IMG/VR virus record: IMGVR_UViG_3300021957_000042
Location: 1 to 58,459 of that record
DNA length: 58,459 nt
Direction: 5' to 3' (one strand)
Source: a virus
Taxonomy: Duplodnaviria; Caudoviricetes
Shown: positions 37,133 to 46,276 of the stretch, in pieces
Position numbering within the stretch: position 1 is the first letter of the stretch
How the letters are laid out: the number at the start of each line of letters is the position of its first letter
Position numbers and translations under genes: made by a program
Notes under the pieces: generated by a model
What the model saw: only the letters and a program-made list of their open reading frames with translations
The model's database searches: none
Told to the model about the DNA's origin: nothing

Positions 37133-37441
37133 ATGACATATAATGAATTTAAAGTAAGTGTAGAAAAACTGACTGAATACAAATGGAATCGTGAAGAAAT
37201 GGAAATTGAAAGCGGTGGTGTTGTTGGTCTGTATGCAGTTTTTGCTAAGTGGAAAGAGAATGAATATTGGGTATTTTCCCGTGCCTTTGAAACATACGAA
37301 GGTTTGAAATTTTTCGTAAGAGCAATTCCAGAAGATATATTTAATCAACAGTACATTAAAATTTTATTTGTTCACTGTAACAATGGTGAAAATTACACTG
37401 ACTTGTTGCTTTCATCCGAAGTTAAAGAGGAGGTACAATGA
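37133..37441 (+). CDS. hypothetical protein
   Basis: AGGAG RBS. Confidence 0.7.
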   Translation: MTYNEFKVSVEKLTEYKWNREEMEIESGGVVGLYAVFAKWKENEYWVFSRAFETYEGLKFFVRAIPEDIFNQQYIKILFVHCNNGENYTDLLLSSEVKEEVQ

Positions 37442-37650
37442 CAGTAATGGAATTGAATTTTAATCTACCAGAATGGGCAAAGTATTGCGCAACTGATGAA
37501 AATGGTGATGTTTGTGTTTTTGAAGATAAACCTTTTCTAATTGATCAAATTGTAGGAGAAGGAATCTATGAAACAAAAACAAATTTTATGTGTATTGCAA
37601 AACATTGTTTAACACCAGATTGGAAGAAATCATTAATTGAAATTTCTTAA
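37438..37650 (+). CDS. hypothetical protein
   Basis: PEWAKY.ATD.NG...DWKKSL phage-type pattern; GAGGAGG RBS. Confidence 0.7.
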   Translation: MTVMELNFNLPEWAKYCATDENGDVCVFEDKPFLIDQIVGEGIYETKTNFMCIAKHCLTPDWKKSLIEIS

Positions 37651-37664
37651 TTGGAGTTTATATT

Positions 37665-38732
37665 ATGAGAAAGCGAAAAAATGTTGCTGTTGTTCGTGAG
37701 CCAGAATCACAAATCATGGATGAATGGAAACTTTGTCATTTCTATAATTGGTATCGTATAAATTATTCTGAAAAAGATGCTAAAGAATTTCTTTTGCAGT
37801 ATGTAACAGAAGACAGTACGAAAAGTATTATTCGAAAACTTTCTTTCATTAAATTAACATATTGCTGGCTTGCAAGAATTCTCACAAATAATAATCAAAT
37901 ACCAGAAAAGTTTGAAAAGGACCTTCAAAGATATTTGAATAGCCTTGATAATGAACTTTGTATTCAGAAATCATATAAATTAAAATTAGCAGAAGCAGAA
38001 TTTACACCACCGCCTGATCGTAAATCAGAAAGAGAGTTTGATAATGCTTTAAGTTATATGAATGATCAAATTGATTTGATGTTTGATACAAAAGGTAAAC
38101 AGACCTTTTCTGGTGATTCAATTGTGTCAGTGTTTAATCTAACAAAAAAACACACAAAGCAACTTTCGGAGATTATTCAAAAGGACCATATATATTGGCT
38201 TGAATTGGCAAAAGAAGAAGAAGATGTTCAAGAAGCATATTCTTTTTTAACTGCAAGGCAGCAAAAAAAGATTATCAATCAAATGAAAGATATTTGTGAT
38301 AGTTTTAATGCAGCCTCTGAAAGAAAAGAACGAAAAGAGAGAAAGAAAAAGGTCCGTACACCTGAAGAAAAAGTCTCTAAATTAAAATTTAAAAGTAAAG
38401 CTTTCGAGTGTAAATCAGTTGATCTAATTAAAATTATTGGAGCAAAATTATTATATGTTGTATCTGATGATAAAAGAGCCCTATATCAACTAACGTCAGA
38501 ACGAGGATTTAATACTCGCTCAAGTTTTATAACAAATGTAGATACAGCAACAAGAATCATTTCATATGGAAAAGGTCTTGAATCTTGTGTTTCACATATC
38601 TGCAATACTACAAATGCAAGAACATTGAAAAAACTTGATAAAGATGTTCACGTTTCACGCAAGGAAAAAGTTGAACTTAAAAACAATGAGTATCGTTCAA
38701 CTGATAAATTTTGTGCAATTAAAGTTTTTTAA
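37665..38732 (+). CDS. Conserved T4-like hypothetical protein
   Basis: YNWY, WLAR, EAYSFL, KIIGA pattern. Confidence 0.75.
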   Translation: MRKRKNVAVVREPESQIMDEWKLCHFYNWYRINYSEKDAKEFLLQYVTEDSTKSIIRKLSFIKLTYCWLARILTNNNQIPEKFEKDLQRYLNSLDNELCIQKSYKLKLAEAEFTPPPDRKSEREFDNALSYMNDQIDLMFDTKGKQTFSGDSIVSVFNLTKKHTKQLSEIIQKDHIYWLELAKEEEDVQEAYSFLTARQQKKIINQMKDICDSFNAASERKERKERKKKVRTPEEKVSKLKFKSKAFECKSVDLIKIIGAKLLYVVSDDKRALYQLTSERGFNTRSSFITNVDTATRIISYGKGLESCVSHICNTTNARTLKKLDKDVHVSRKEKVELKNNEYRSTDKFCAIKVF

Positions 38733-38741
38733 GGTATTACT

Positions 38742-39386
38742 ATGTTAAAACCATTACCAATTATTTTTAAAGAGATATCAGACGCACCGACTCATCTTGA
38801 AAAAGTTCAGACATTAAAGAAAAATCGAAATGCAATGGTTGATTTGTTGCTTGAACTTACTTTTAGTAGAGATGTTATGATTACAGGTTTGCCCGAAGGT
38901 AAACCAGAAACAGTCTCAGGAGAAGCATCATTATATAATGCTCATTTGTTATATGCAAATCGCCGGCAAATTGAAATGTTTATCAATAATAATACGGCAC
39001 ATCTCAATTCAATGAAAAGAGAAAGACTTTTTTTAGATCTTATTGAGAATTTAGATCCATCTGAAGTTGTTTTATTGTGTGAAGTTAAAGATCGAAAGCT
39101 TACAAGTTTTCCTGGAATCACTCGAACAGTTATTGAAAAGATTTATGATTGGCCACTTGAGACAGTTGGTACTCCAGTAGCGCCAGAACCTGCACCAGTT
39201 GAAGAAGTTCGGGCTCCTGTAGCAGAACCTGCCCCGGTTGAAGAACCTGTGACAGCAGAACCAGAGGTTAAAGAAAAACCTGTGAAGAAAACAACAAGAA
39301 GAAAGCCAGCGGCAAAGAAAACACCGGCTAAAAAGCCAGCAACAAGGAGAAAGAAGCCAACTGCAAATACAAGTTCAACTTCTTAA
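38742..39386 (+). CDS. Conserved T4-like hypothetical protein with P/A/E and K-rich tail
   Basis: LPEG.P, KRERLF...ENL...E...L..VKDRKL..FPGIT; histone-H1-like C-terminus. Confidence 0.75.
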   Translation: MLKPLPIIFKEISDAPTHLEKVQTLKKNRNAMVDLLLELTFSRDVMITGLPEGKPETVSGEASLYNAHLLYANRRQIEMFINNNTAHLNSMKRERLFLDLIENLDPSEVVLLCEVKDRKLTSFPGITRTVIEKIYDWPLETVGTPVAPEPAPVEEVRAPVAEPAPVEEPVTAEPEVKEKPVKKTTRRKPAAKKTPAKKPATRRKKPTANTSSTS

Positions 39387-39698
39387 AATATTTTTTTCAA
39401 ACCAATGCAATATTTCAAAAGCAATTTCTGACATTTTATCTTTCAGCCCGATTTCATCAAACTTTGTTACGGCAGATTTTAAATCTTTATTGATTTGCCG
39501 TTTTAAGTCTTCCTCTTGAAATTCTTTCATATTTTCGGCAGTTAACATAATTGTTATTTTGATGATATCAGAATCATTCTCTTTATCTTTGATATAAAAA
39601 TAATAATTTGTTTTATCATTGTCAACTGTATCAATATACCTTTGAATATCTTTTATTTCTTCTCGCAATTGATGCCGAAAAATTCGAAATGTTTTCAT
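39375..39698 (-). CDS. Putative internal virion protein
   Basis: N-terminus MKTFRIFRHQLREE resembles the T4 capsid targeting sequence. Confidence 0.65.
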   Translation of the reverse strand: MKTFRIFRHQLREEIKDIQRYIDTVDNDKTNYYFYIKDKENDSDIIKITIMLTAENMKEFQEEDLKRQINKDLKSAVTKFDEIGLKDKMSEIAFEILHWFEKNILRS

Positions 39699-39699
39699 A

Positions 39700-40797
39700 T
39701 CATCCTAGGTCAAAAAGAATACTATCTGTAGGAAGTTCAAATAAAGTTCTCGGATAAACTTTATAGATCTTTTTACCCGCCTTTGTACTGCTTGCAGCTT
39801 CGATTTTATAACGCATTTGAATCAAAGGTTTATTATTAGTTGTTTCACGAATAATAATTGTTGGATCACCCTCGACTTTTGCGTGTGCTGTGAAATTAAA
39901 CTTACGAATATTTTTTTCAAATTTCTTTTCAAACCTTAAAGATTGTGCTTTCTTTTTATCAATCTTTACAAATTCAATATACTGATGTTCATCTTTTGTC
40001 ATGTGTTTACGAATAAATTTAATCAAATGTTCGACAAGGTCAATTTCACCAGAAGTTGATAACTGATTTATTTTGCTTACAATTTTTGTAAACATTGGTT
40101 TAATTGCATTACGAAGCATACTCTTTTGTTTTTCAAGTTGTGGATCTGCTCTTGTTTCATATTCAATCTTCTCATTAAAGTCACCAATATTTCGAATAAA
40201 CTCTGATTTTAATGAAGCAATATCAATATCAAATCCTTCTCGCCATAATGTATGTTGTTTATCAAATGACACACCACTAACCTGACCGAACTGTTCACCA
40301 CCTTTAGTCTTCAATGAAATTTGATTCTTTGATCGTTTACCATCAAAGACAAGTGCAATATCAACTTTTGTACCTTTTTGATCTTTTGTACCTTCACCTT
40401 TGACTTCAATCTTATTTTTTTTATTGTTCATATAATAAACTTTTGCCTGCAAGTTTAATCGGCGAGTTGTATTCACATACTCAATGCAGGCGTCAAAGAT
40501 ATCAGAAAATTGAGGCCAGTTTTTCTTTGAAGATAGATAAGTAGTTGCCTTTTGAGGTATGCTAATATCTAATTCAATAGTATCAACTGTAACATTATCT
40601 CGATCTTTTCTTGTTTCAGTTTTTTTATGTTGAATCATGATACGGTCTAACGCTTTTTCAACATCACTTTTTGAAACTTTTTGTTCTGGTTTCACCAAGA
40701 ATCTTGCTGCAAGTGCTGATGCAAAGATTGCTTCAGCAACATCACCACGATTATATTCAGGCGACTCTAATAGAAACGTTTTAAAGTTTGTTATCAT
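39700..40797 (-). CDS. Putative internal virion protein with PD-(D/E)xK-like nuclease motif
   Basis: N-terminus MITNFKTFLLE; GDVAE, KVDI...QISLK pattern. Confidence 0.6.
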   Translation of the reverse strand: MITNFKTFLLESPEYNRGDVAEAIFASALAARFLVKPEQKVSKSDVEKALDRIMIQHKKTETRKDRDNVTVDTIELDISIPQKATTYLSSKKNWPQFSDIFDACIEYVNTTRRLNLQAKVYYMNNKKNKIEVKGEGTKDQKGTKVDIALVFDGKRSKNQISLKTKGGEQFGQVSGVSFDKQHTLWREGFDIDIASLKSEFIRNIGDFNEKIEYETRADPQLEKQKSMLRNAIKPMFTKIVSKINQLSTSGEIDLVEHLIKFIRKHMTKDEHQYIEFVKIDKKKAQSLRFEKKFEKNIRKFNFTAHAKVEGDPTIIIRETTNNKPLIQMRYKIEAASSTKAGKKIYKVYPRTLFELPTDSILFDLG

Positions 40798-40832
40798 TTT
40801 TTATTTCTTTCTACAATTATTGAAATGGTATC

Positions 40833-40880
40833 TTACCAGGCTTCTTCTATATATACTCGGAATTCTTTAAATGTTTTCAT
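40833..40880 (-). CDS. 15-aa mini-ORF MKTFKEFRVYIEEAW (capsid targeting sequence only)
   Basis: Translated by hand; ATGA overlap with the stop of the upstream gene. Confidence 0.55.
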   Translation of the reverse strand: MKTFKEFRVYIEEAW

Positions 40881-42466
40881 GTGTCTTTTTGTGAATTAAC
40901 ATATTCTTGTCCCTCTTTTTCTGCTCGTTGTTTTGCGGCACGGAATGCTTGAATCACATTTTCATCTTGTTTGTTCCATTTGTTTTCATACATTCTTAGT
41001 GACTGTCGAATATCAAGCAATGGTGAACCTACACTCTTAGGATCACGATTTCCTTTCTGACGAACTAATTCTTCAAGACCAAAGATGATTGTTTCTGGTG
41101 TAATTTTGCATTCAGGCCCTTTTGATAGATAAACAGTTAAAGTATCAGGTTTTTCTTTGAGCGCAATTTTCATACAATTATTGATTACTTCTTTCATATG
41201 CCCTGTGCGGTAAAAGTCTCTGACTGTATGTGGTTCTAATTTTGCTAATATTTTCAGAACGTCTCCGCTCACTATAATACTTTGATTTCTTAGCTTCTCG
41301 AAGAAACGCCACAGACTAACACTCTCTTGTCCTTGAACGATATCACCGTTCTCAACCTTCTGAAGAAATTTAGCTTTACCTTCATCCGTTTTTTCTTCTT
41401 GGTATTTTACAATAGGTGGTTTTTTATCTTCATATGTTTTGTTCTCAATAATCTCAAGAACTTTGTATCCTCTTCTTGCCAAGAAAACTGCTTGAATTGG
41501 TTCTGCAGGATGAATCACTCTCTTACCACTTCGATCAGCAATTGAATCATAACCAATATTTGCCAATAAAACTGCCCAAGCATTTGCAAATGGATTTGTT
41601 TTGCCCTTTTCTTTCTTATCACCAGATGGTTCATAGATATGTGCGGCAGTCATCTCTGCTTTATCGCCTTTCATCTTTTGAACTTTAGTGAACACCTTGC
41701 TTAACAATTCAGCCGGAACTCTTTGTGGTTTATCAGGATCATAGTTTTGTTCAACATCTTCTTTTGAACCATAAATCCACCATGCTGACATTCTTGGCAT
41801 ATCTTCACCAATTCGGAAGTTTCTTTGATATGCTCCTTTTTCACCAGCAGTTACATTACTAGTAAGTGATTTCTTTTCATGAGCCAAAGCAACTAATGCT
41901 GAACACAATCTTGATGCATTCCAGAATTGCATTCCTGGTAGATCATTTGATGCTCGAGTAAATGCATAACGAATTGTGGCACAAACGATCAAGAAAATTA
42001 AATGCTCATTCTTGACATTCAAAATCTTCATCAGTTTTTGAGTGGTATATTTTGCAATCTTTTCAGTATCACCAGCAAGTTTAGCATTTGAATATTCACC
42101 AGAACCAACATCGTCAATATAATTTTTACCTTTACGCTGAAGTACAGCAATCTTTGGCATATGACCAGCAAATGGCACATTGAATCTTTTCCAACCTTTT
42201 CCTGGAACATAGTGGTGAAACACTTCAACCATCGGATAGGTATAGATACCATTTGGTGTATTATATCTTGACTTTGTATTCAGACCTACTTGAGCAGCAT
42301 TGTAATCATCTTTACCTGTTTCAGTAAAGTCCTTTGCATTTGTAATAAAAGTAATAAAGATATCATCATTATCTTTATATTTCTCTAATGCTTGCACAGG
42401 AAACTGCTTCACATTCTGTTCGGGATTACGTCTAGCCTCGGTAATAAAACTACGAAAAGATTTCAT
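40877..42466 (-). CDS. Putative internal virion protein, unknown enzyme (possible ART-like fold)
   Basis: N-terminus MKSFRSFITEA; TPNGIYTYP, VPFAG, GYDSIAD..IHPAEPIQAVF. Confidence 0.65.
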   Translation of the reverse strand: MKSFRSFITEARRNPEQNVKQFPVQALEKYKDNDDIFITFITNAKDFTETGKDDYNAAQVGLNTKSRYNTPNGIYTYPMVEVFHHYVPGKGWKRFNVPFAGHMPKIAVLQRKGKNYIDDVGSGEYSNAKLAGDTEKIAKYTTQKLMKILNVKNEHLIFLIVCATIRYAFTRASNDLPGMQFWNASRLCSALVALAHEKKSLTSNVTAGEKGAYQRNFRIGEDMPRMSAWWIYGSKEDVEQNYDPDKPQRVPAELLSKVFTKVQKMKGDKAEMTAAHIYEPSGDKKEKGKTNPFANAWAVLLANIGYDSIADRSGKRVIHPAEPIQAVFLARRGYKVLEIIENKTYEDKKPPIVKYQEEKTDEGKAKFLQKVENGDIVQGQESVSLWRFFEKLRNQSIIVSGDVLKILAKLEPHTVRDFYRTGHMKEVINNCMKIALKEKPDTLTVYLSKGPECKITPETIIFGLEELVRQKGNRDPKSVGSPLLDIRQSLRMYENKWNKQDENVIQAFRAAKQRAEKEGQEYVNSQKDT

Positions 42467-42490
42467 TTGATTATTTTGAAAAAATTAAAA

Positions 42491-42530
42491 ACTAAATATT
42501 GATATAAATTATGTTAAAGTATTTATCAAT
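42491..42530. promoter_or_regulatory. Back-to-back late-type motifs between divergent operons
   Basis: CTAAATA on + strand (42492) and GATAAATA on - strand (42520-42527). Confidence 0.5.
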
Positions 42531-42547
42531 TCTTAGTGGAGAAAAGA

Positions 42548-42799
42548 ATGCCAGCTTATGATTACTACTGTGAAAAATGTGACCAATCTTTCGAGCTTTT
42601 CCGAAAAGTTGCAGAAAGAAATAATACTAACAACGAAGAGTGTGATCGCAATGATTGCAATCTACAACTAAAGCCTGCATCACCTTTAATCGGATACGAT
42701 AGTTTTTCCTTAGCCGGAAGAAAGCCTACGGATAGCTTTCGAGACCGATTAAAAGAAATTAAGAAAAATGTACCAGGCGCTCAAATTAACACTATATAA
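42548..42799 (+). CDS. FmdB-like zinc-ribbon protein
   Basis: MPAYDYYCEKCDQSFE; typical upstream neighbour of phoH in T4-like phages. Confidence 0.8.
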   Translation: MPAYDYYCEKCDQSFELFRKVAERNNTNNEECDRNDCNLQLKPASPLIGYDSFSLAGRKPTDSFRDRLKEIKKNVPGAQINTI

Positions 42800-42915
42800 C
42801 TCAACAGGAGGATTTGGTTAACAATACTTATTAATCTCACTCAGGTCTTTTTGATCATTACTGAGTGAGTAAAAGAACCTGAGTAATTCTTATACATAAA
42901 GTTACGGAGTTACTT

Positions 42916-43710
42916 ATGTCAAGAAAGAAAGCACAATCTTCTGAATTCAAGAATAGTTTGAATCTGAAAACAATTGAACCATTGAATAATGCACAGAACT
43001 CATTATTCGAAGCATTTTATGATGGTTACAATATTATATCAATGGGAACAGCCGGCACAGGCAAATCCTTTTTATCGATATTTCTTGGATTAGAGGCAGT
43101 GTTTGACCCGCAATTATCTTTACATAAAGTTCTAATCTGCCGTTCTTGTGTACCCTCAAGAGATATTGGTTTCTTGCCAGGAACAGAAGAAGAAAAGATT
43201 GCAGTTTACAAGCGGCCTTATGTGTCAATTGTAAATGAACTTTTCCGTCGAGATGATGCTTGGGAAATTCTTGAAAAGAAAGGTATTGTTGAATTTTGTT
43301 CAACATCTTTTTTGAGAGGAACGACCATTGACCATACAGTACTATTTGTTGATGAAATTCAAAATCTTGGTTTCAATGAACTTCATAGTGTTGTAACTCG
43401 GTTAGGAAAAAATTCAGCCTTAGTTATGGCTGGTGATTTCTTCCAAATGGATCTAGACCAAGATGAAAGCGGACTCAAAGACTTTTTTGAAATTTCAAAG
43501 AAAATGAATGGTTTTAAAACTATTCATTTTCAAGAAACAGATATTGTTCGTAGTGATTTTATACGAGAATATATTATTGCTAAGAACGCATATGAAAGAG
43601 AAAAAAGTCAACGCAAAATATTCAATGGTCACACCGTACATCGCACATCAATTAATACTGTTCAACTGAAGGGTAAAGAATTTGTTGTTGAACACTCTCC
43701 TGTAAATTAA
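42916..43710 (+). CDS. phoH: PhoH-like ATPase
   Basis: GTAGTGKS, RDIGFLPG, FLRGTT, DEIQN, TRLG, GDFFQMD, DIVRS. Confidence 0.95.
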   Translation: MSRKKAQSSEFKNSLNLKTIEPLNNAQNSLFEAFYDGYNIISMGTAGTGKSFLSIFLGLEAVFDPQLSLHKVLICRSCVPSRDIGFLPGTEEEKIAVYKRPYVSIVNELFRRDDAWEILEKKGIVEFCSTSFLRGTTIDHTVLFVDEIQNLGFNELHSVVTRLGKNSALVMAGDFFQMDLDQDESGLKDFFEISKKMNGFKTIHFQETDIVRSDFIREYIIAKNAYEREKSQRKIFNGHTVHRTSINTVQLKGKEFVVEHSPVN

Positions 43711-43727
43711 CATAAATATTATTATTC

Positions 43728-43753
43728 AGGGATGTTTCGGCATCCCTATTTTT
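43728..43753 (+). terminator. Intrinsic terminator with UUCG loop
   Basis: agggatgt-ttcg-gcatccct plus T-rich tail. Confidence 0.75.
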
Positions 43754-43773
43754 AATATTTAAACTTCGCTTAA

Positions 43774-44172
43774 ATGCAAACCAAAAAAGAATACGAACTT
43801 TACATTCAGAAAACTGTAGCATATATTCAATCAAGAAAAATGCAGGTTGTTGGTGTTGATAAACTGTATGATAATGAAGAAACACCTAACAATCTAGTTG
43901 CACGAATAGCCTTGTTTAAACATTTGCCATTATTATTGGAATTATATACAGATGAATCTTTAGGATTATATGTCAATATGTTTGACTGTGATCCATTAAC
44001 TGCTTCAGTTTTTACTAAAGAACTTATGCCATTGCGCTTAACTCACATTGATGGTTTTGTTGCAATGAAAACAATGAATGGTGAACTACAAACTTTATTG
44101 TTTGGTGAAGATGCATTAGAGCAATATAAAAAAGAAAAAGATAGAGATTTACAATCAACACACTTAAATTAA
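43774..44172 (+). CDS. hypothetical protein
   Basis: 132-aa ORF. Confidence 0.65.
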   Translation: MQTKKEYELYIQKTVAYIQSRKMQVVGVDKLYDNEETPNNLVARIALFKHLPLLLELYTDESLGLYVNMFDCDPLTASVFTKELMPLRLTHIDGFVAMKTMNGELQTLLFGEDALEQYKKEKDRDLQSTHLN

Positions 44173-44176
44173 AAAT

Positions 44177-45562
44177 ATGAAAGCTTTTCACGAATTTCTA
44201 CTTGAAGGTATTAAAAAAGAACAAATCAATCGAGTGTTCGCAAACAAAGATTTTAAGATTGGTCTTGAATTTGAATTTTATAATGAAGATTTTGTACGAG
44301 AAAATAATCGTCCATCAACAAAAGAAGTATTAGTCATGGCTGATTATGTTGAACTAATTAATGAAACCAAAAAACAAAATGTTAAGATTGTCATGAAGAA
44401 TAAAACTTCAAAGGCATCTCCGAATCGAAAGATTATAACACCTGAACAAATTATGGATGATTTCTCAAAAGCTAACCGCTCAGTTTTGTTTGGCTTTTTT
44501 AAAAGAAATGGTATTAATGAAAAAGAATTGGTTGAATTAACATACCGATATATTAATTCTGCATTAGAAAAATCAGAAAAATATATGGCTCATGGTGATT
44601 TTCGAAGAGACATCTTTGAAAAATATGCAGGTGAGAACAAAGTCCTGCAGCAATATATGAATGTGATCATCAAGGCAGTTCAAACAGAAGGTGCTGATAT
44701 TGACAAAGAGATTTTAAAATACTATAAAAAAGACAATGCAATTCCTTCTTTCATACGAGATTACAAAGTAATTGTGAAAGGTAAGAATTCTGATCCGACT
44801 AAGTGGACAATTCTACCAGACTTATCTGTTCTTTCAACTTTAGGTGGTATTGAATTTGTTTCACCAGTTATGACGCCAGAACAAACCTTGAAAGCAACTG
44901 ATGAAATGTTCAAGTATATTCGTAAAGTCGGTAACACACAATCTCACCATACAGAAGATCAAGATGGTAAAGGTGGTGATAAACGAAATGCTCAATGCGG
45001 ACTACATATCAATATCTCAACAACACCTGAAAGAATGAAAGAGTTTGATCCTGTAAAGTTTATCATCTATTCAAATGAAGGACAATTTAATTCTGAAAAG
45101 CTTTTTGGTGATCGTAAAGATGCCGATTATATTGGTAGTGTTCTGTCTGACTTGAGAAAACATTATAAAAGAAAAGTTGGTATGTTAAGTGGTGGTGATG
45201 ACCAGGCATATGTTAATACACTTATAAAAAATAAAATGTTTCATGGTGTCAAATATCTACAAAGCTTAACTCGTTTTATCAATGACAAATATTCAAACGT
45301 GAATCTACAGAACTATTCATTTGATAATGCTTCAAAGAGAAGATCGAAATCAGAACGAATTGAAGTTCGTTATTTTGGTGGTCAGGATTATGAAAAGAAG
45401 TTTGAAACTTTTCGTAGAGTTTTGGGTGAATTATTATATGCACTTGAAGTCGCAACTGATCCAGAGTTGAATAAAAATGATTATCAAAAGAAACTATATA
45501 AGTTATTATCAAGTGGCGCAGACGATAAACCAAAACTATCACTCACGAAAAATAAAAAATAA
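44177..45562 (+). CDS. Putative amidoligase with capsid-targeting-like N-terminus
   Basis: MKAFHEFLLEG; IGLEFEF, PDLSV, GIEFVSP, CGLHINIS, IEVRYFGG. Confidence 0.8.
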   Translation: MKAFHEFLLEGIKKEQINRVFANKDFKIGLEFEFYNEDFVRENNRPSTKEVLVMADYVELINETKKQNVKIVMKNKTSKASPNRKIITPEQIMDDFSKANRSVLFGFFKRNGINEKELVELTYRYINSALEKSEKYMAHGDFRRDIFEKYAGENKVLQQYMNVIIKAVQTEGADIDKEILKYYKKDNAIPSFIRDYKVIVKGKNSDPTKWTILPDLSVLSTLGGIEFVSPVMTPEQTLKATDEMFKYIRKVGNTQSHHTEDQDGKGGDKRNAQCGLHINISTTPERMKEFDPVKFIIYSNEGQFNSEKLFGDRKDADYIGSVLSDLRKHYKRKVGMLSGGDDQAYVNTLIKNKMFHGVKYLQSLTRFINDKYSNVNLQNYSFDNASKRRSKSERIEVRYFGGQDYEKKFETFRRVLGELLYALEVATDPELNKNDYQKKLYKLLSSGADDKPKLSLTKNKK

Positions 45563-45563
45563 T

Positions 45564-45833
45564 ATGAAAAAAGGTCAAAAGCTGACAGAAGAAAATTCAT
45601 GGAAAGTTATCTTTCATAAAAATCCAGATGATCAAGAGGGTTATCTATTTGCTTCAGCTAATGATGCAAACAATAGTGCGAGAGAATTTTGCAAATATTT
45701 TAGTCCTGATAGTAAGGCAAAATTAGCCGCAGTCAATGGTGCTGGCATCCGTTTAGTTTCTGTTGGTTCAGAAGCATATGCAATGATCATTCCTCCAGAA
45801 CTTGCTCTTGCCCGTGAATTCTATAGCTTATAA
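45564..45833 (+). CDS. hypothetical protein
   Basis: ATG immediately after the amidoligase stop. Confidence 0.65.
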   Translation: MKKGQKLTEENSWKVIFHKNPDDQEGYLFASANDANNSAREFCKYFSPDSKAKLAAVNGAGIRLVSVGSEAYAMIIPPELALAREFYSL

Positions 45834-45844
45834 TTAAGGTAAAT

Positions 45845-46276
45845 ATGAACAAATACGTTATTGGATTGTTGCTTATGTTTGCGGCACAATGCCATGCTGT
45901 ACCGCAAACATATGCATCAACAGATGCTTTTGATTATATTGAATATGTTTCCTGTTATGATGGTGATACATGTAAATTTAATATAGCAAATCTTCCCGAT
46001 GTCTTTGGGCAAAAATTGCCCGTCCGCTTACGAGGTATTGATACACCAGAGATTCGTGGAAAATGTAATAAAGAGAAAGAGTTAGCTTATAAAGCAAGAG
46101 ATTTTATTCGATTTTTGCTAAATAAAGCAGAAACAATTGAGCTTCGAAATATATCGAGGGGGAAATATTTTCGCATAGTTGCCGACATATATGCTGATAA
46201 TAAAAATGTATCTGAAATAATGTTATTTAATGGACATGCAAGGCTTTATGAAAGTAAAATCGATTGGTGTTCTTAG
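45845..46276 (+). CDS. Secreted thermonuclease (SNase family)
   Basis: Signal peptide; YDGDT, VRLRGIDTPE, GKYFRIVAD. Confidence 0.9.
   Translation: MNKYVIGLLLMFAAQCHAVPQTYASTDAFDYIEYVSCYDGDTCKFNIANLPDVFGQKLPVRLRGIDTPEIRGKCNKEKELAYKARDFIRFLLNKAETIELRNISRGKYFRIVADIYADNKNVSEIMLFNGHARLYESKIDWCS

Noticed and set aside
19156-37441. MDFNTFSE (19156) and MTYNEFK (37133) as further capsid-targeting tags
   Set aside because: The matches are partial and lie outside the cluster, so they are too weak to count
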